A stretch of DNA of 64,000 nt, taken from Escherichia phage vB_EcoP_HC-25922. The position numbers and the translations under genes are program-made. The notes under the pieces are model-generated. The model worked only from the letters and a program-made list of their open reading frames with translations. It did not search any database and was not told the origin of the DNA. Every line of letters begins with the position of its first letter. The stretch's first letter is position 1. Where the stretch lies: the sequence record OQ555404.1. One strand, 5' to 3'. Shown here piece after piece: positions 38,680 to 47,080 of the stretch.

Positions 38680-40526
38680 TAGTGAGTATGATTCCAGTTT
38701 AATCCAATCTTACAATCTGATGCAAGAGGACATTCCATCTTGAGGTATTCCCCTGCTTTACGAACACATTCTTCAGTGAGGGTACGAAGTTTGTTAACAT
38801 CATCACGATGTACAGTGAACTGTCCTTCATCATGCATGTCAATAACCTTCGCACAACGAACACCATCCCGCTCAATCCATTTATTGAGGAATAGCATTGC
38901 ATACTTCATAACAATCGCCCCAGCGCTCTGTAAGAGTGTATTTAAGGCTTTATGGACCATAACCTTTCCAGTTGCATCTCTTCTCATTGTAATACGACGT
39001 CCATCCACACCGTAGATATATCCACTTTGCGCTTTCTCTGTCATACGTTCAATAAGGATTGCAATACAAGGGTTCTCTGCTAAGAATCTTGCTCTCATGA
39101 TAGCCCCTTCGTCAGAGCCACCACCTACAATACTTCCTAACTTAGCGTCACCTGCCCCATAGTTAAAGGCATAGATAAACGTTTTAGCATTATCACGAGT
39201 AGGAAGGCCAGCAAGTTTTTGGTTATGTGAGTGAATATCTCCTTCTAAAAGAATATCTCTATACATAACAGCAGAAGCTAGACCACGTTCAGCTTCTCGT
39301 TTCTTAGCCGGGTTGTTTTCTCGCTCTGCTTCAGCGAGCATCTCACGACATTCTTTAATAAGGTAGTGAGCTAGCATCCTCAGCTCAAGACCAGAGCCAT
39401 CGTAACCTAAGAAGATTTCACGACCAGCAGGAACATAGAACTTATAGGCACCTACGGGTTTGTCTTTCTTGCCCGGTTTTCCCACTTCGTAGATAATGTT
39501 AGTACCCTTTCGTACGTAACACCCATCAGGGATATGGTTGGTAATGATGAAAGGATGGTTATGACTATCGTCTGAGGAATAGTCAGATTGAAAAAGACTG
39601 CGGCACTCGTGACCAAACAAACCGCGAGAAGGAATATTAACAACAATGCGATGTTTAAAACGAAATGTCGGAGTAGCGCAGCTATTAGCTTCGGCGGACA
39701 ACTTACCATCTTTACGTTCCTTGTCGATAAGCCCGCTAATCAAACCTAGCCTGTGAGCCGCTACAACGCGTCTCTTAAGCAAACTTCCTACACCCCCTAG
39801 CTCACCCCCAAGCCCCTCTTCAAGAGTCTCCTCAAGGTTTGTAGGGGCTGTGGGCCACTTGTTTGATGTAGCCAAAGCTTTTTTGATTTCATCAAAGGTT
39901 ACAGGTTTCTTCCTATTCGGATTAAGACCTAAACCACTGACGTAGGCTTTCATGTAGTTGACAGTGTGATAACGGAAATGTTTATCCAAAAATCTTCGGA
40001 TATCAGCATCTATCATCTCCGCTGTCTGTTTCTCTTTAGCATTACCTCGAATCCAAGCAGAATACCATGCAGAGTATGTACCATACTTCTTCATAGCTCT
40101 ACGGATTTCAAATGTATTCCAAGGTTTCTTAGAATAATTCCACTCTGGAGGTATGAAGCCCTCATCCATCAAGGCTTCTTTAATACGTGCATCTTTCGAT
40201 GGGTCGAAGTCTACATACTCAACGCAAGTAAACGCCCCACCGATATCTTCTCTTTTAAGACCAACCCTATCGCAATAGAGCTGAGGCCACTTCTGTAAAG
40301 CACCTGATTTCTTAAAAGGCTTAGCATAAGTTGAACCATCCACCCGCATTTTAGGGAGGAGAGGAATCAGTTCTTTATCAATATTGACAATAATCTCTTT
40401 GAGAAGGTGAACAAACCACCGAGCGTTTCTTCTGTTGAAGTTGACTCCATGCTTCGCTTGTTTTGAGATTATATCAGCGACTGTCATCTCCGTTATGAAA
40501 GGTAACTTATCAGGGTTATCCATCAC
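38679..40526 (-). CDS. DNA polymerase, family A (Pol I-like) polymerase domain only
   Basis: Motif A DGSGLELRMLAHY, motif B RDNAKTFIYAFNYGAG, motif C HDEGQF; no exonuclease motifs in the N-terminal region. Confidence 0.85.
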   Translation of the reverse strand: MMDNPDKLPFITEMTVADIISKQAKHGVNFNRRNARWFVHLLKEIIVNIDKELIPLLPKMRVDGSTYAKPFKKSGALQKWPQLYCDRVGLKREDIGGAFTCVEYVDFDPSKDARIKEALMDEGFIPPEWNYSKKPWNTFEIRRAMKKYGTYSAWYSAWIRGNAKEKQTAEMIDADIRRFLDKHFRYHTVNYMKAYVSGLGLNPNRKKPVTFDEIKKALATSNKWPTAPTNLEETLEEGLGGELGGVGSLLKRRVVAAHRLGLISGLIDKERKDGKLSAEANSCATPTFRFKHRIVVNIPSRGLFGHECRSLFQSDYSSDDSHNHPFIITNHIPDGCYVRKGTNIIYEVGKPGKKDKPVGAYKFYVPAGREIFLGYDGSGLELRMLAHYLIKECREMLAEAERENNPAKKREAERGLASAVMYRDILLEGDIHSHNQKLAGLPTRDNAKTFIYAFNYGAGDAKLGSIVGGGSDEGAIMRARFLAENPCIAILIERMTEKAQSGYIYGVDGRRITMRRDATGKVMVHKALNTLLQSAGAIVMKYAMLFLNKWIERDGVRCAKVIDMHDEGQFTVHRDDVNKLRTLTEECVRKAGEYLKMECPLASDCKIGLNWNHTH

Positions 40527-40539
40527 CCACTCCTTATAG

Positions 40540-40893
40540 TTATTGGTATATTAAGTCTGTGAATGCTTGGTTGTCTTCAACAATATCTAAAGCTTCATAT
40601 GAATCAGCCAATTCATCCACATAAAAGACTGCTGGAATATCTTCTGCTCGCTGTCTACGAGATTCCCTTTGTTCATTGATATTTCTTTGAACCTGTGCAA
40701 GTTTCATACCCCACACCTGCTCATACAACTCTGGATATTTGTCACTAACCACTACATAATTTCGAGCTGGTTGGTTTCTATTAATCTTCGCTGTCAACTC
40801 AATAAACTGGCGAAACTCTTGAATAGAGAGGTTGTCATGAATATTATCCCATTTGAGAACGCAGTGACGTTCTAGGCGTTGAGGTACTGGCAT
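40540..40893 (-). CDS. hypothetical protein
   Basis: 117-aa ORF. Confidence 0.45.
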   Translation of the reverse strand: MPVPQRLERHCVLKWDNIHDNLSIQEFRQFIELTAKINRNQPARNYVVVSDKYPELYEQVWGMKLAQVQRNINEQRESRRQRAEDIPAVFYVDELADSYEALDIVEDNQAFTDLIYQ

Positions 40894-40896
40894 AAC

Positions 40897-41154
40897 TTAC
40901 TCCACTGTCGGGAATGGTTTTAGGTTGTTCATGGCTGTACGAACATCAGCACAGATTTCAGGATCACGATAAGAGAGGAATTTACCATCCTTACCACGAA
41001 TCATTACATTAGTCCGTGCTGTTTTATTAGGCAATAAAGAAATCCCTCCAATAAGATGGTTGGTAGGGTGTTGTCCTTGATTAACCTTGTAGTCATGAGT
41101 CTGAGCGTCACCGTTAAAGAGATGATCACGAATTTGGATTAAGCTAATCTTCAT
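40897..41154 (-). CDS. small protein, tandem paralog 2 (NKTARTNV...DGKF...NLKPFP family)
   Basis: Start at MKISL; shares core NKTARTNVMIRGKDGKFLSYRD...NLKPFP with the upstream gene. Confidence 0.45.
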   Translation of the reverse strand: MKISLIQIRDHLFNGDAQTHDYKVNQGQHPTNHLIGGISLLPNKTARTNVMIRGKDGKFLSYRDPEICADVRTAMNNLKPFPTVE

Positions 41155-41155
41155 A

Positions 41156-41407
41156 TTATGCACCAAAGTTAGGGAAAGGTTTCAGATTTTCAATAGACTT
41201 AGCAATACGCTTAGGAACAGCCTTATCACGGAAGGAGATGAACTTTCCATCAGGACCACGAAGGGCTACATTAGTACGAGCTGTTGTTTTGTTAAACTGA
41301 ATCATCTCAACAGAGCTTGTAACATTTTCTACAGGAAAAGTATAGCTCTCAGTTGTGTTCAGAGAAGGGAGGAAATCAGTTACAGTGATGTAAGTTACTT
41401 TAGACAT
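41156..41407 (-). CDS. small protein, tandem paralog 1 (NKTTARTNV...DGKF...NLKPFP family)
   Basis: Start ATG 41407 with AAGGTAA RBS. Confidence 0.45.
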   Translation of the reverse strand: MSKVTYITVTDFLPSLNTTESYTFPVENVTSSVEMIQFNKTTARTNVALRGPDGKFISFRDKAVPKRIAKSIENLKPFPNFGA

Positions 41408-41427
41408 ATTTATTACCTTAGGTTCTA

Positions 41428-41458
41428 TAAAAGAAAAGGCCACCCGAAATGGGTAGCC
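41428..41458 (-). terminator. hairpin terminator (ggcuaccc-auuuc-ggguggcc plus U-run)
   Basis: Third copy of the GCCACCCGAA hairpin family. Confidence 0.45.
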
Positions 41459-41463
41459 TTATA

Positions 41464-41781
41464 TCAACTTGAGCTTAAAGCTCCTTTGCGACCGCCTGCT
41501 GATTTTCCAGCACGATCTCCACTTTTGCCGCCGTTCGAGCGATTTCGAGAGACTGATTCAACACGTAAGTTACTTGACGCATTAGAACCTCCCGACTTGA
41601 TTGATCGTTTGTGTCCAACATCTTTACCTCGGACAGCAGCTTTTCCATCGCGCTTTTCAACGATGCGACGTGCACGGTGGCGCTGAGCATCTCCGCTCTT
41701 GCTACCAACGCCGGTCTCACCCCTTGCGATTGCAGTTCTTCGTTCTTGTGCATAATCACGTTTCGCCTTATCGTTCATCAT
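41464..41781 (-). CDS. small highly basic G/S/K/R-rich protein (possible nucleic-acid-binding)
   Basis: ATGATG start with AAGGAG RBS 5 nt upstream; 105 aa; a second almost fully overlapping ORF exists in another frame. Confidence 0.4.
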   Translation of the reverse strand: MMNDKAKRDYAQERRTAIARGETGVGSKSGDAQRHRARRIVEKRDGKAAVRGKDVGHKRSIKSGGSNASSNLRVESVSRNRSNGGKSGDRAGKSAGGRKGALSSS

Positions 41782-41825
41782 AACTCCTTAATATATCAGT
41801 GTACACTAAGGAGTATACATTATGT

Positions 41826-42563
41826 TTATGATTTTTCAGATTCCATTGCTTTAACAATAGCTTTACAGAAACCTGAACGAACAATATCATCTGATTCGCC
41901 ATCTACTAGAGCGGCAAATTCAAATAACTGGTGACGGTAGATGAAATCAGTAGCCCAATCAAGACCGCTCTCACCACGCATGTCGTGCTGGTTAGTGTCC
42001 CCCATGCAGAACATCTGAGAGGTTTCACCAAGACGTGTCATGATTGAATATGCTTCATCAGGAGTAGTGTTCTGGAACTCATCAACAATCACGATAGCAT
42101 CGTTGAACGAGCGACCGCGTAGATATTCCAGAGGTACGAACTCAATATTACCATTACCTACTTGACATTCGTAGAAACCTTTACCGTAGCGCTGAGTAAT
42201 AACATCAACGATTGGCATTAGGTATGGTTCAAACTTCTCACGAAGCCCACCGGGAAGTAATCCAAGACTATTACCCATACCAACAGCAGGTCGGCTTAGG
42301 ATAATCTTCTCAATCTTCCCACTCTTCAGAGCATCAATCACTGTAGAAGTGATTACGAAGGTCTTACCACAACCAGCAGGAGCATCTGTGAATACAACCT
42401 GTTTGGTTTTAATTGCATCAAGCAGCTCACTCTGGAATTGGTTCTGAGGTACTACCGGCTTAGCAAGAACTACTTCTTCAAATTCCCGCTTTCCTTTCTT
42501 GGTGACGAGAGCTTCACGACGTAATTCTCTCCGTGATGCTTTCCGAGATTCTCTACGACTCAT
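41826..42563 (-). CDS. phoH: PhoH-like ATPase
   Basis: Walker A GCGKTF in a PhoH-like context; GGAGGTAGGAA RBS. Confidence 0.8.
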   Translation of the reverse strand: MSRRESRKASRRELRREALVTKKGKREFEEVVLAKPVVPQNQFQSELLDAIKTKQVVFTDAPAGCGKTFVITSTVIDALKSGKIEKIILSRPAVGMGNSLGLLPGGLREKFEPYLMPIVDVITQRYGKGFYECQVGNGNIEFVPLEYLRGRSFNDAIVIVDEFQNTTPDEAYSIMTRLGETSQMFCMGDTNQHDMRGESGLDWATDFIYRHQLFEFAALVDGESDDIVRSGFCKAIVKAMESEKS

Positions 42564-42741
42564 TTCCTACCTCCGTGTTCTTCATATAAGAAGCTACAGG
42601 ATTTACACTCTGAGCAATGGATACCTATAACCTTAATTTCGACAAACTTCTTATTCTTCCCTTTAGTCGGGGAGCCTTTGGCAAGCTCCCGTATTACTTT
42701 CGAGTCCAAATGGAGAAGAGTTGATTCACATTTAAAACATT

Positions 42742-43062
42742 TCAGATTGATTTGTCCTTATGTAAACGGTATACTTCAGTAGCCATACAAGCTATACGCT
42801 CGTCATGTGGGAGATGCATACCAGTAGAGCCGTTCCATCCTTCGAACTCTGAATCAAAGAATCCAATAGGCTCGGGATACATCTCTTGCAAGGTGGTTAA
42901 GTCATCAGCCACTTGTTGCCACTTATCGTCAGACCAGATTGGGTCATCCAACCAATAATACAAATAGGAGTGGATAAGCATCTGTGTTCTATGTCGTTTA
43001 ATCACTTCAGCAGGACTGATTTCATTTCCGTTACCAGTCCTAAATGTATTATTGTTGATCAT
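42742..43062 (-). CDS. hypothetical protein
   Basis: 106-aa ORF. Confidence 0.4.
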   Translation of the reverse strand: MINNNTFRTGNGNEISPAEVIKRHRTQMLIHSYLYYWLDDPIWSDDKWQQVADDLTTLQEMYPEPIGFFDSEFEGWNGSTGMHLPHDERIACMATEVYRLHKDKSI

Positions 43063-43538
43063 TCCAAAACCCTTTCTTCTAAATCATAAAAGATTTGATT
43101 TGTCCCATTATTCTCAACAAGCACTGTTCCATTATCTAGCAGGGTAGCAACTTGGGAATAAGGAATGTTCTTTAACATCAGAGCATTAATGGTCGGCTTG
43201 TTTTTGAAGTAAGCGACAGGCTCAACATAGAAGGAAATCCCACGACTTCCTTTAATTGGGGTGCTTGAAGATAGAACCCAAATTGTTTCTGGCTTGTCTA
43301 TTTCCTTTTCAACACCAACCTCAACAAGAGAGTCAGCAGCGAAACCTACAGGACGCCTAGAAGAACCAAGCAACCGAACATATCCCGGTAATTTTGACAT
43401 ATTAGACCAACTACCAGTGTTTTCATTAAACACAGGTCTTACATCACCATATGCCCAAACCAGATTATCATAGTCACGGGCTATGTATTTAACCCAATCA
43501 GGAACATCATACTCCCTTCCTTCAAAAATAGCTTTCAT
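43059..43538 (-). CDS. hypothetical protein
   Basis: 159-aa ORF. Confidence 0.45.
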   Translation of the reverse strand: MKAIFEGREYDVPDWVKYIARDYDNLVWAYGDVRPVFNENTGSWSNMSKLPGYVRLLGSSRRPVGFAADSLVEVGVEKEIDKPETIWVLSSSTPIKGSRGISFYVEPVAYFKNKPTINALMLKNIPYSQVATLLDNGTVLVENNGTNQIFYDLEERVLE

Positions 43539-43766
43539 TTAGATAACCTTGTGCTTATAGATGTTAGGGTTGTAGTAATGCAACCAGTTTATGTATTGCT
43601 TCTGTTCGAGGTAGTGCCTGCAATCATGACAAAAAGCATGACCCAAACCTGTTTCCTCGTTCAGCTTGAAATTGATAAGAAGCTTCTGCTTTCGACAGAA
43701 GCTACATGCTTTAGTGGGCTTCACGTAATGCATCCCAAGAGATTGGATATATTTTACGAAGCTCTT
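43539..43766 (-). CDS. Cys-rich small protein (zinc-finger-like)
   Basis: CSFCRK...CHDCRH cysteine pairs; start moved to an internal Met to limit overlap with thyX. Confidence 0.35.
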   Translation of the reverse strand, partial: KSFVKYIQSLGMHYVKPTKACSFCRKQKLLINFKLNEETGLGHAFCHDCRHYLEQKQYINWLHYYNPNIYKHKVI

Positions 43767-44361
43767 CATCAATGGTTGATGCGAACACTCGTACTTCGTA
43801 CTGAGCATGGTCTGACAGTCGCTGACGACACAACTCTGACCAACCATATAGAGAACCGGTCCATACCCACTCAGTGATCATACCCTGAGGTAATACGAAT
43901 CGAGCTTGTTCTGGAGCAATGAACTTAATCAATTCATCATACGACTCAAGAGCTGTTTCATATGCTCGGTTAATCAGAACTAGTGCAGAGTTTTGTGCTC
44001 CTGTGGTGAGGAGATTCCCTGCACCTGCATGGAGGTCCGAAGGTCTTTCAAAAATCTCTTTAGGGATGAAGAGTTCAACTGCTCCATCTTTATACCGCCG
44101 GGACATTTCGTTCCACGAGAATCCAACTTGATGCTTGCCCAGCTGTCTCGCAATTGCGATTGGCGCTTTGCATCGGAAGCTAATTGTCGGATGGCGGAAT
44201 GGTGTGACATGCTTTTCTCTGGCAAGGAACTTGATAAGGCGTTCATCTCGTTCATTTAACTCTCCTTCACGAGTAACCCCAAAGGAAACTCGAGCTGCAT
44301 TAACAACAGATTTATCAGAACCCATTGCTTCAATTAGTGTTGCTTGTAATTGTTCGTTCAT
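43711..44361 (-). CDS. thyX: FAD-dependent thymidylate synthase ThyX
   Basis: ThyX signature RHPT...SWNEMSRRY (RHR...S motif). Confidence 0.8.
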   Translation of the reverse strand: MNEQLQATLIEAMGSDKSVVNAARVSFGVTREGELNERDERLIKFLAREKHVTPFRHPTISFRCKAPIAIARQLGKHQVGFSWNEMSRRYKDGAVELFIPKEIFERPSDLHAGAGNLLTTGAQNSALVLINRAYETALESYDELIKFIAPEQARFVLPQGMITEWVWTGSLYGWSELCRQRLSDHAQYEVRVFASTIDEELRKIYPISWDALREAH

Positions 44362-44375
44362 CCTTGAATTCTTCC

Positions 44376-44591
44376 TTAGTAATGAATCTTTTTATAAATC
44401 AGGTTGCTTCCACTTTCTGTTTCAATCCCTTTCTGGATTGTAATCTTAGAAGCACCGGTATTAGCAATTTTTAAAGCTCGTTTAAAGCGGCGAGCCTCTC
44501 TCCGTGTTGTGTATGAGGAGAAGCTAGGGATTGTACTATCAAAATTAAACCACTTAACTACCCAAAAAGTAATCCAAGGTTTCTTTTCCAT
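44376..44591 (-). CDS. small protein, family A member 1 (W..W...TRxEAR...KxxY family)
   Basis: 71 aa; shares W-rich N-terminus, TRREAR and C-terminal KKIHY with two other ORFs. Confidence 0.45.
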   Translation of the reverse strand: MEKKPWITFWVVKWFNFDSTIPSFSSYTTRREARRFKRALKIANTGASKITIQKGIETESGSNLIYKKIHY

Positions 44592-44592
44592 A

Positions 44593-44868
44593 TTAAATAC
44601 CTTTCAGAGCTGTATCTAAAAACGCACGGAGGTTTGATTCAGTTTGCATACCGGACAAGCTGTAGTGAGCACCACTGTTCATGTTAGGAACCACAAAGGC
44701 TGGGATACTGCGAACACCATATTCAATGGCTCGCTCTCGACCATCACCTTCAGAGATATTTACTTCTTCAACTTCTACGTTGTAATCAGCTACAACTTTC
44801 TTAAACACAGGAGCCATAGCTGCACATGGAGCACAGGAATTACTATAAAACTTAATTACTTTACTCAT
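44593..44868 (-). CDS. thioredoxin/glutaredoxin-like protein
   Basis: CxxC active site (SNSCAPCAAM); start set at MSKVIKFY with AAGGA RBS. Confidence 0.65.
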   Translation of the reverse strand: MSKVIKFYSNSCAPCAAMAPVFKKVVADYNVEVEEVNISEGDGRERAIEYGVRSIPAFVVPNMNSGAHYSLSGMQTESNLRAFLDTALKGI

Positions 44869-45058
44869 TTTATTCCTTGTTAATAAACAGATTGATATGA
44901 CGCTGGGTAGCAGGAACAACAATAAAAGACTTATACTGCCCTTTTGCTAAATCATGAGCAATCTTCTTTGTCTGACCAAGACCCATCACACAGCCACTAA
45001 CGATAATGGCATGTGCTTGTAATTCTTCAGGTAGGTTTAGTTTCACTCTTTGGGTTCC

Positions 45059-45244
45059 TTATAGCATACAAAGAATAATAACAAGAGGTAGTGTTATAGC
45101 AAAATGTACCAGAACAACACTACCCAGCTTGATAGCTTTAACATCCTCTTCTGCTGGGTTTTCTTTAATTGCTAAATTTCGAGCTTTATATATAACAGTA
45201 CCAACTATTAACGACCACACGGCCCACACAATCAGTGAAATCAT
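45059..45244 (-). CDS. small membrane protein (family B, intact copy)
   Basis: 61 aa, two hydrophobic segments flanking KENPAEED. Confidence 0.45.
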   Translation of the reverse strand: MISLIVWAVWSLIVGTVIYKARNLAIKENPAEEDVKAIKLGSVVLVHFAITLPLVIILCML

Positions 45245-45253
45245 ATCAAACCC

Positions 45254-45440
45254 TCATGCAGTCAACAGGTGGAGAAGGAAAGGAATGACAACAGAGAAGA
45301 CTACCAGAGCAATGCTGCCATGTTTAATGGGTTTAGCGTCATTCGGGTTCTCTTTAAGCATCTGTTTCTGAGCTACATAAACGATACCGCCAACAAAAAA
45401 TTGCCCATACAGACCATACGATTGCTGAAAACATACTCAT
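45254..45440 (-). pseudogene. family B paralog disrupted by a frameshift in a T6/A6 homopolymer
   Basis: ATG 45440 with AAGGA RBS; reads MSMFSAIVWSVWAIF then stops; one frame over continues VGGIVYVAQKQMLKENPNDAKPIKHGSIALVVF, paralogous to 45059..45244. Confidence 0.4.
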
Positions 45441-45497
45441 ATCCTTATAAAGAAGTTCGCCCCACCTCTTGAACAAAGAGACAGGGCGGAGGTTTGA

Positions 45498-46073
45498 TTA
45501 GTAAGACACATCACCACTGGAGTGGGACATGTTGCTCTTGACGAAGTAACAGAACTTGCCAAGACCTTCATTAATTTCTTGAAGCATACTCTGGTCCACT
45601 GGATAGGTGCACAAGTCTGAATCAAACTCATCCATCTTCTCAATGATACACATAAGAGTCATGCACATGTCGGAAAGCATACCGTCCATGTCAAGATCAG
45701 CGTTACCTTCTCGGAACCAAGCATGACCTAAATAATTACTAGCAGTAGCATCCACTTTAACACAATGAAAGCGCATACGCTCTGCTATTCGGTCGCCTGC
45801 CTCACGAGCATAATCTTCTAGTTCATCGAACATACCATGAACACCTTGGAAACCAGCTCCAGAGACGTTCCAGTGGTAGTTCTTTGCTTTGATGTGTAGA
45901 AGTTCAAGGTTAGCTTGCACACCACACAAGATGTGTTCTAAACTGTTACCGCTAATCAGTTTATTCATTCCCTCAAGACGAGAGATAGAAGAGTCAGTAG
46001 TAGAGAATGGGTTGCTAGAACCCACTCGTGTTAGTTCTGGTAAGTCGAAGACATTATTATGCATTAGGTGCAT
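45498..46073 (-). CDS. Dps-like ferritin-superfamily protein
   Basis: Dps signature KNYHWNVSGAGFQGVHGMFDELEDYAREAGDRIAERM (HWNV.G..F...H..FEE...D.IAER). Confidence 0.7.
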   Translation of the reverse strand: MHLMHNNVFDLPELTRVGSSNPFSTTDSSISRLEGMNKLISGNSLEHILCGVQANLELLHIKAKNYHWNVSGAGFQGVHGMFDELEDYAREAGDRIAERMRFHCVKVDATASNYLGHAWFREGNADLDMDGMLSDMCMTLMCIIEKMDEFDSDLCTYPVDQSMLQEINEGLGKFCYFVKSNMSHSSGDVSY

Positions 46074-46404
46074 CCCCTTCTAAGTTAGTTGAATTAGCTA
46101 CATTACGAGCAATGTTATCCATGACCTGCTGTGTAATAACAATACAATTCTGAGGGTCTACTGATTTAGAACGCCCCATCTCAGGGTCATAGACTTTGAC
46201 TCGCTTGGCTGTTGAGCCAGTAACTTGCAACACTTTGAGAAGATAGCCTTGGTTTCCAATAGACCATGCAACAACATCACGATTCTTGATATAACGACCA
46301 AGCATGTCACGATGATAGAACTGCTGCATAACTTTAGCTTTGCTAATCTCTTCAGATGGCGGGGCCACTTTACTCAAATCTAACATAACTCTCTCCTGTT
46401 TCAT
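46057..46404 (-). CDS. hypothetical protein
   Basis: 115-aa ORF. Confidence 0.45.
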   Translation of the reverse strand: MKQERVMLDLSKVAPPSEEISKAKVMQQFYHRDMLGRYIKNRDVVAWSIGNQGYLLKVLQVTGSTAKRVKVYDPEMGRSKSVDPQNCIVITQQVMDNIARNVANSTNLEGDAPNA

Positions 46405-46456
46405 ACAATATTCTTATACTGTATATACATTTGAGAGTTATCATATCTACTACCAA

Positions 46457-46672
46457 CTAGTAATAAACCTTGCTGGATATGAATCCAGCACTGTTATGGA
46501 TATTTTCAATCCAACGATGAATCTCCACCTTTTCAGCGATTCCTAAAGCTTTTGTAGCTTTTATAGTTTTCTTAGCAAGACGAGCCTCTTGTCTTGTGTT
46601 GAATAATTGAATACAATCACCACCAAGAGCTTTGTTAGCCCATTTAGTACGAACTGCCCATAATTTATCCAT
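46457..46672 (-). CDS. small protein, family A member 2
   Basis: 71 aa; TRQEAR and C-terminal SKVYY conserved with members 1 and 3. Confidence 0.45.
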   Translation of the reverse strand: MDKLWAVRTKWANKALGGDCIQLFNTRQEARLAKKTIKATKALGIAEKVEIHRWIENIHNSAGFISSKVYY

Positions 46673-46884
46673 TAGTAATGTACCTTTCCGCTGATATAGA
46701 AACGACCTGATTTAAAGTCTTGAGCTTTGTGGATAGTGATCTTATTAATTGTGCTTTCACAACTTAATAAGAACTTCTTATGAGCGCGAGCTTCTTGACG
46801 GGTATTCCTAATACCCATTGACTCTGTACCACTGCTCCAGTGAATACGAACTACCCAACGTCTTTTCATTGTTCCAAACTCCAT
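46672..46884 (-). CDS. small protein, family A member 3
   Basis: 70 aa; TRQEAR and C-terminal GKVHY; tandem with member 2. Confidence 0.45.
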   Translation of the reverse strand: MEFGTMKRRWVVRIHWSSGTESMGIRNTRQEARAHKKFLLSCESTINKITIHKAQDFKSGRFYISGKVHY

Positions 46885-47075
46885 TATCTGTCAACCGATT
46901 TAGGGACAAACTGCATTACACAGACCTGACTACGAGGGAGATTTATTTCACAAGCGGCTCTTCTCGTCTCAATCTTAACGCTAGAATCTGGACCAACGTT
47001 AGATATAAATACTCCCATAGCAAATGCCCCAACTACAAAACCTATAGCTAAGTAAGTAGCTTTTTCTTCTTTCAT
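46884..47075 (-). CDS. small membrane protein
   Basis: 63 aa with hydrophobic segment YLAIGFVVGAFAMGVFI. Confidence 0.35.
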   Translation of the reverse strand: MKEEKATYLAIGFVVGAFAMGVFISNVGPDSSVKIETRRAACEINLPRSQVCVMQFVPKSVDR

Positions 47076-47080
47076 CTTGG

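Noticed and set aside
41475-41759. Alternative-frame ORF inside the basic-protein gene as the true gene
   Set aside because: It lacks a well-placed RBS (GTG or ATG about 13 nt from a weak AAGGCG), whereas the other frame has AAGGAG 5 nt from ATGATG; kept only as a possible dual-coding case.
42742-43062. NAD-dependent DNA ligase (Ia-domain-like motif YLYYWLDDPIWSDDKW)
   Set aside because: The ORF is only 106 aa, with no adenylation-domain motif (KxDG) or downstream ligase domains; the resemblance is a short motif only.
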